Shown one piece after another: positions 60,577 through 64,000 of a stretch of 64,000 nucleotides of DNA; the stretch's first letter is position 1, and each line of letters opens with the position of its first letter. Both the position numbers and the translations under genes were made by a program. The DNA lies in contig NIVC01001281.1 of NCBI GenBank assembly GCA_002269645.1, forward strand, positions 256,859 to 320,858, written 5' to 3'. This DNA is from Macrostomum lignano (taxonomy: Eukaryota). The notes under the pieces were generated by a model. That model worked only from the letters and a program-made list of their open reading frames with translations. It had not been told where the DNA came from and did no database searches.

Positions 60577-61744
60577 TCAGAGAGTCGTGACTTTCTGTTT
60601 TTCCGTGGCCACCGCCGCCTTGGCCTCCTCCTTGGCGGCGTCCTCGATGGCCAGCGGCGCGGACACCGCAGTGACGTCCTCGGCCATGCGGGCCAGGCTG
60701 CTCACTATGCTGAACTGCCTGCTCTGCTTCTCCTTGCGCCTGTCGATGAAGCCGGCCAGCCAGCCTTTGACTCGGTGTGCCACCACGTAGATCACAATGG
60801 GCGCCGGGGTGAGGATGGCGGCGGCCAGCGGCAGCACCGTGGCCAAGTCGGCAGTCGGCGGGTCGCAGGCCGAGCGAATGGCCGGGATGGCGATGAGGCT
60901 GGCGGAGGCGGCGGTCTCAGCGGCCATGGCTTTCCGACCGGGCTTGGCCTGCTTGGCCAGGGCGCCCGCCAGGCCGCCGGCGCTGAACGCCGCCCCGATG
61001 AAGGCCAGCACGCAGCAGAGGGCGCGCGCGTCCAGGTGGTCGATGGCGTAGTGGTTGATGTAGATGCCCAGCGTCACCAGCAGGATGGCCGCCAGCAGCA
61101 GCAGCGGCCTGCCTGCCCAGTTCAGCGCGGCCTGGGCCAGGCTTGGCCGGCAGGTGGCCAGCAGGGCGCCGATCAGCTGGGCGCCGAGCGGCGGCAGCAG
61201 CCACAGAGCGGCCAGGTGCAGCCGCACCCGGAAGCCGAGCCACCGGGACAGCAGGGCCAGCCAGGCCGGTGACATGCCTTGAATTGCATGACAAGAATTA
61301 AATTAACATTGAGTACTGACTACTTGTTTGCCTCGGCCTGGTCAGTAGGCATTTCAGCGAACCAGTGTGCAATTCATCATGAATCCGCGGGACTTGGGTG
61401 CTTTTTTATTATGTCAGTTATTGCTGGAGTTCAGCCTGAATGCGCCAGATGCAATATCCTTATGGACCTTCTGGCACACCTGGACAGCCAGGCGCTGCTC
61501 ACTGTGTTTGCCATCATGCGAGGCCAGGAAGCTGGCTGTCAGGCCGTTGCCACCCCCCCCCGCACAGACTCACCCGGATTGAGCAGCGCGTTCATCAGCG
61601 ACACGGCCGCTGACAGATTCCTGTCCCCCTCCATCAGGTAGACGGTGAGGTGGGCCAGGCCGCCGCCGGCATTGCCGCTATGGCAACGAGGCCCAGGCCC
61701 GTGTCCTCCTCCAGGCCGAACGCTTTGTACAGGCCGAGCGCCAT
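60577..61744 (-). CDS. SLC10 sodium/bile-acid symporter family member (P3/SLC10A3-like), last two exons, one 1-bp frameshift
   Basis: Exons 61744-61574 and 61277-60577 joined in phase 1. GLGLVAIAAMPGGG(L)AHLTVYLMEGDRNLS...|GMSPAWL...RPLLLL...GIYINHY...AET...ADLATVLPLAAAILTP matches SLC10 motifs (CPGGG.SN, GD..LS, LGMMPLW, ADL..V.P.A.AI.TP). One base is missing near 61667-61669. The N-terminal exons were not located. Confidence 0.82.
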
Positions 61745-63768
61745 CTGAATAATTCGAATTGGCAGGTGAAAAAAGTGCTCAAACTTCAGCTTTTGTCGTG
61801 CGTGTTTTTGCAAGGCAAAAACTCCGGATTCGCGCTGCTTGGCTTCCGAATCCGGGCATCTGCCTTGCGCATCCGCTGTCTGAAATCCGCTGAAGTTTGT
61901 TGTTTATATAAAAGTGCAGACAGGCCGTCTGTTGATCCCTTGAATGGGGGGGGTTTAGGCCGCCGAAGCCCCGGTGAGCGGGACTTCTTTCTTGTGAGAG
62001 GCTTTTTTACTCCTCCGTTCCGACCAGCAAATCTCTGGCGGCAGCTTCTGAACCGGACGGGCGTGCGTGGTGTGCCGCTTTGAAAATGGGAGACGGTTCT
62101 GGCCAGGCTAATGGATTGGTTTTGGGCGTGACTTTTCCTCTCTCGCTCACTCCTGCCCTCTGGAGTTTGGGCTTGCCAAAATAACCGCCCCGTTCCATTC
62201 CGGATCTCATTGTGCCTCTCAGCTAACCGCAGAGCCTCTCTCAGTGTCTGTCTGATCTTCAGCAGAGCTCCGCATGCCATTTGGCCGCCCATTTGCTAAT
62301 CTGATTCTGCTGCTGCCGTCCCACCCCTCTTCTCGTCCATTAAACCTCAAGTCGGAAACTTCTCATCTCAATCTCGGTCGCTTCGCGATCCCATTGATAA
62401 TCAGGGGATGAAGAGGGGATGCTGAGTCGGTATTGTTCGACTCCTATAAGAACCTGAATTTACAGAAAGTTAAGAGGGCGGCTTGGCTGCCACTTGAGAG
62501 TTCAGCAGTCAGCCTGAGGCGCAGCACCATGAGAGGGGATGCTCAGCTTGCCAGGAATTTCTTTGCTCCCGAGTCCGTCGGGAGATGCGGGACTTCCTTC
62601 CCTGGGCCCCGAAGGAAATCAGCATCGGTCGTGTGTGAAAGCTTTGGGGGGGGGCTGCCGGCCTCGGTGCTCCGTGCTGCTGGATGGCGATCCGGCGGGA
62701 TCCTGACGCTGCAAATCCCCGCCGCACGGAAGAAGGGATTTTGCTGCAACATTTCTGACGGCTCCCTGCTAGCCCCACCGAGCTGGGGGCGCCGTCTGTC
62801 AGATCCCACGCCGAGCTTGGAAACATCTGAGAGTGATGGAGAGAGCTTGGATTACGACTAGGGTTGAGGGCTATTTGTGTGGAGGATCGAGGCGAATCTG
62901 CTTGAGATTTCCTCAATAGGAAGGCCTGATCCGGGTGAACTACAAGGGCTGGGCTGGCGTCCTGCAAACGAGGAGCTCAATGGCTTTGAGGATGAAAAAG
63001 CCCTATCCCGGTCCGTATTGATTTCTGAGCTGCCTGCGCTGAACCTTTGGTCTGCCGAGTCCCAGACTCGGGTGCCCGGCAATAGGAGTCCCCGCCCCCT
63101 GGGCTAATTTCTTAATCCCACTCTGTTCGCTCAGTGCAGTGTGCTCGTTTGACTCTATTTTCAATGCTGGAAATCCGAAAGAGGCTTTGAGTCTCCCGGC
63201 CTCATCGTGGGCCTATTCTCCTCAGTTAAGTCATTTTCTCCATCGCTACGAGGCGCAGTCTCCTCCCCCCCTGGCCGCTCACTCGATCACTTCCCTCCGT
63301 TCGCTACTTCATCCCGGACTCGCCTCCGCCCAGCGATTCGCCGTGCCATTAGCGCCGCTCTAGGGGGTGGCTAATTAGATTTCCTGGCGCCGAAGCCCGC
63401 CTGCATGTCGCGAGACTGCCAGTCCCAGCCTGTCCACCCTCAATGGATGGCGCCCCGATAAAGAAGCAGGACACTTCTTTAATTCATCTCTGCCCATTCA
63501 AACCCGGTGCCTGCAATAACAGTGCTATCTGCTGCTACTCCAGTGCGCAGAGGATACTCACTAAAGTACTTGAAGAATTCGAGAGCGAGCAAACACTTGT
63601 CTGCCCCGGACACTTGGCTCTGCATCCATTATCAAAAAATGAGTTCATACTTCTAAACCAGTTGGTTACTTCTGCTGAAGTTTACATTGTGCCCTAAATT
63701 TAGTCTCAATTACTATAGATAGTAGTCTTTTGAGGCCATAGCTGGTAGAAGGAATATAAAACATTTTT

Positions 63769-64000
63769 GATTCCAGCTCAGCCAGAGCTGCTGGGGCCTG
63801 TGAGAACTGGCTGTCAAACAATGGGCATCGCTGATTCCAGCTCAGCCAAAGCTGCTGGGCCTGTGAGAACTGGCTGTCAAACAATGGGCATCGCTGATTC
63901 CAGCTCAGCCAGAGCTGCTGGGGCCTGTGAGAACTGACTGTCAAACAATGGGCATCGCTGATTCCAGCTCAGCCAGAGATGCAAGGGCCTGTGAGAACTG
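63769..64000. repeat. 63/64-bp minisatellite, at least 3.6 copies, truncated by the window end
   Basis: Unit gattccagctcagccagagctgctggggcctgtgagaactggctgtcaaacaatgggcatcgct. Confidence 0.92.

Noticed and set aside
62433-63107. GC-rich ORFs upstream of the SLC10 exons
   Set aside because: No domain similarity and no hydrophobic SLC10 N-terminal segments. They may be UTR or regulatory sequence.

Overview
Eukaryotic (animal) genomic DNA with GC-rich exons, GT-AG introns, AT-rich islands and a different minisatellite in most introns and intergenic gaps. This pattern suggests a flatworm such as Macrostomum; the assignment is an inference. Splice-aware reading gives: a CYP2-clan P450 (-); two decayed mariner elements and several MITE, foldback and SINE-like elements; a compact co-oriented cluster of pirin, GNPNAT1, DTD2/ATD and an RDH-type SDR; three two-exon secreted cystine-knot (knottin/conotoxin-like) peptide genes mostly missed by the ORF track; an MPP5/PALS1 gene with a tandem, strongly diverged L27-less paralog; a SUMO/ubiquitin-like-domain gene; orphan SAM-like exons; and the 3' part of an SLC10 transporter (-). 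The strongest leads are (1) GNPNAT1 and DTD2 lack a usable in-frame ATG and begin at phase-0 splice acceptors, as expected if a flatworm spliced leader ending in AUG supplies the start codon within an operon, and (2) the knottin family. Most long ORFs in the supplied track are read-throughs of tandem repeats. Several 1-bp frameshifts in otherwise intact genes look like assembly errors. No rRNA, tRNA or CRISPR array was seen.
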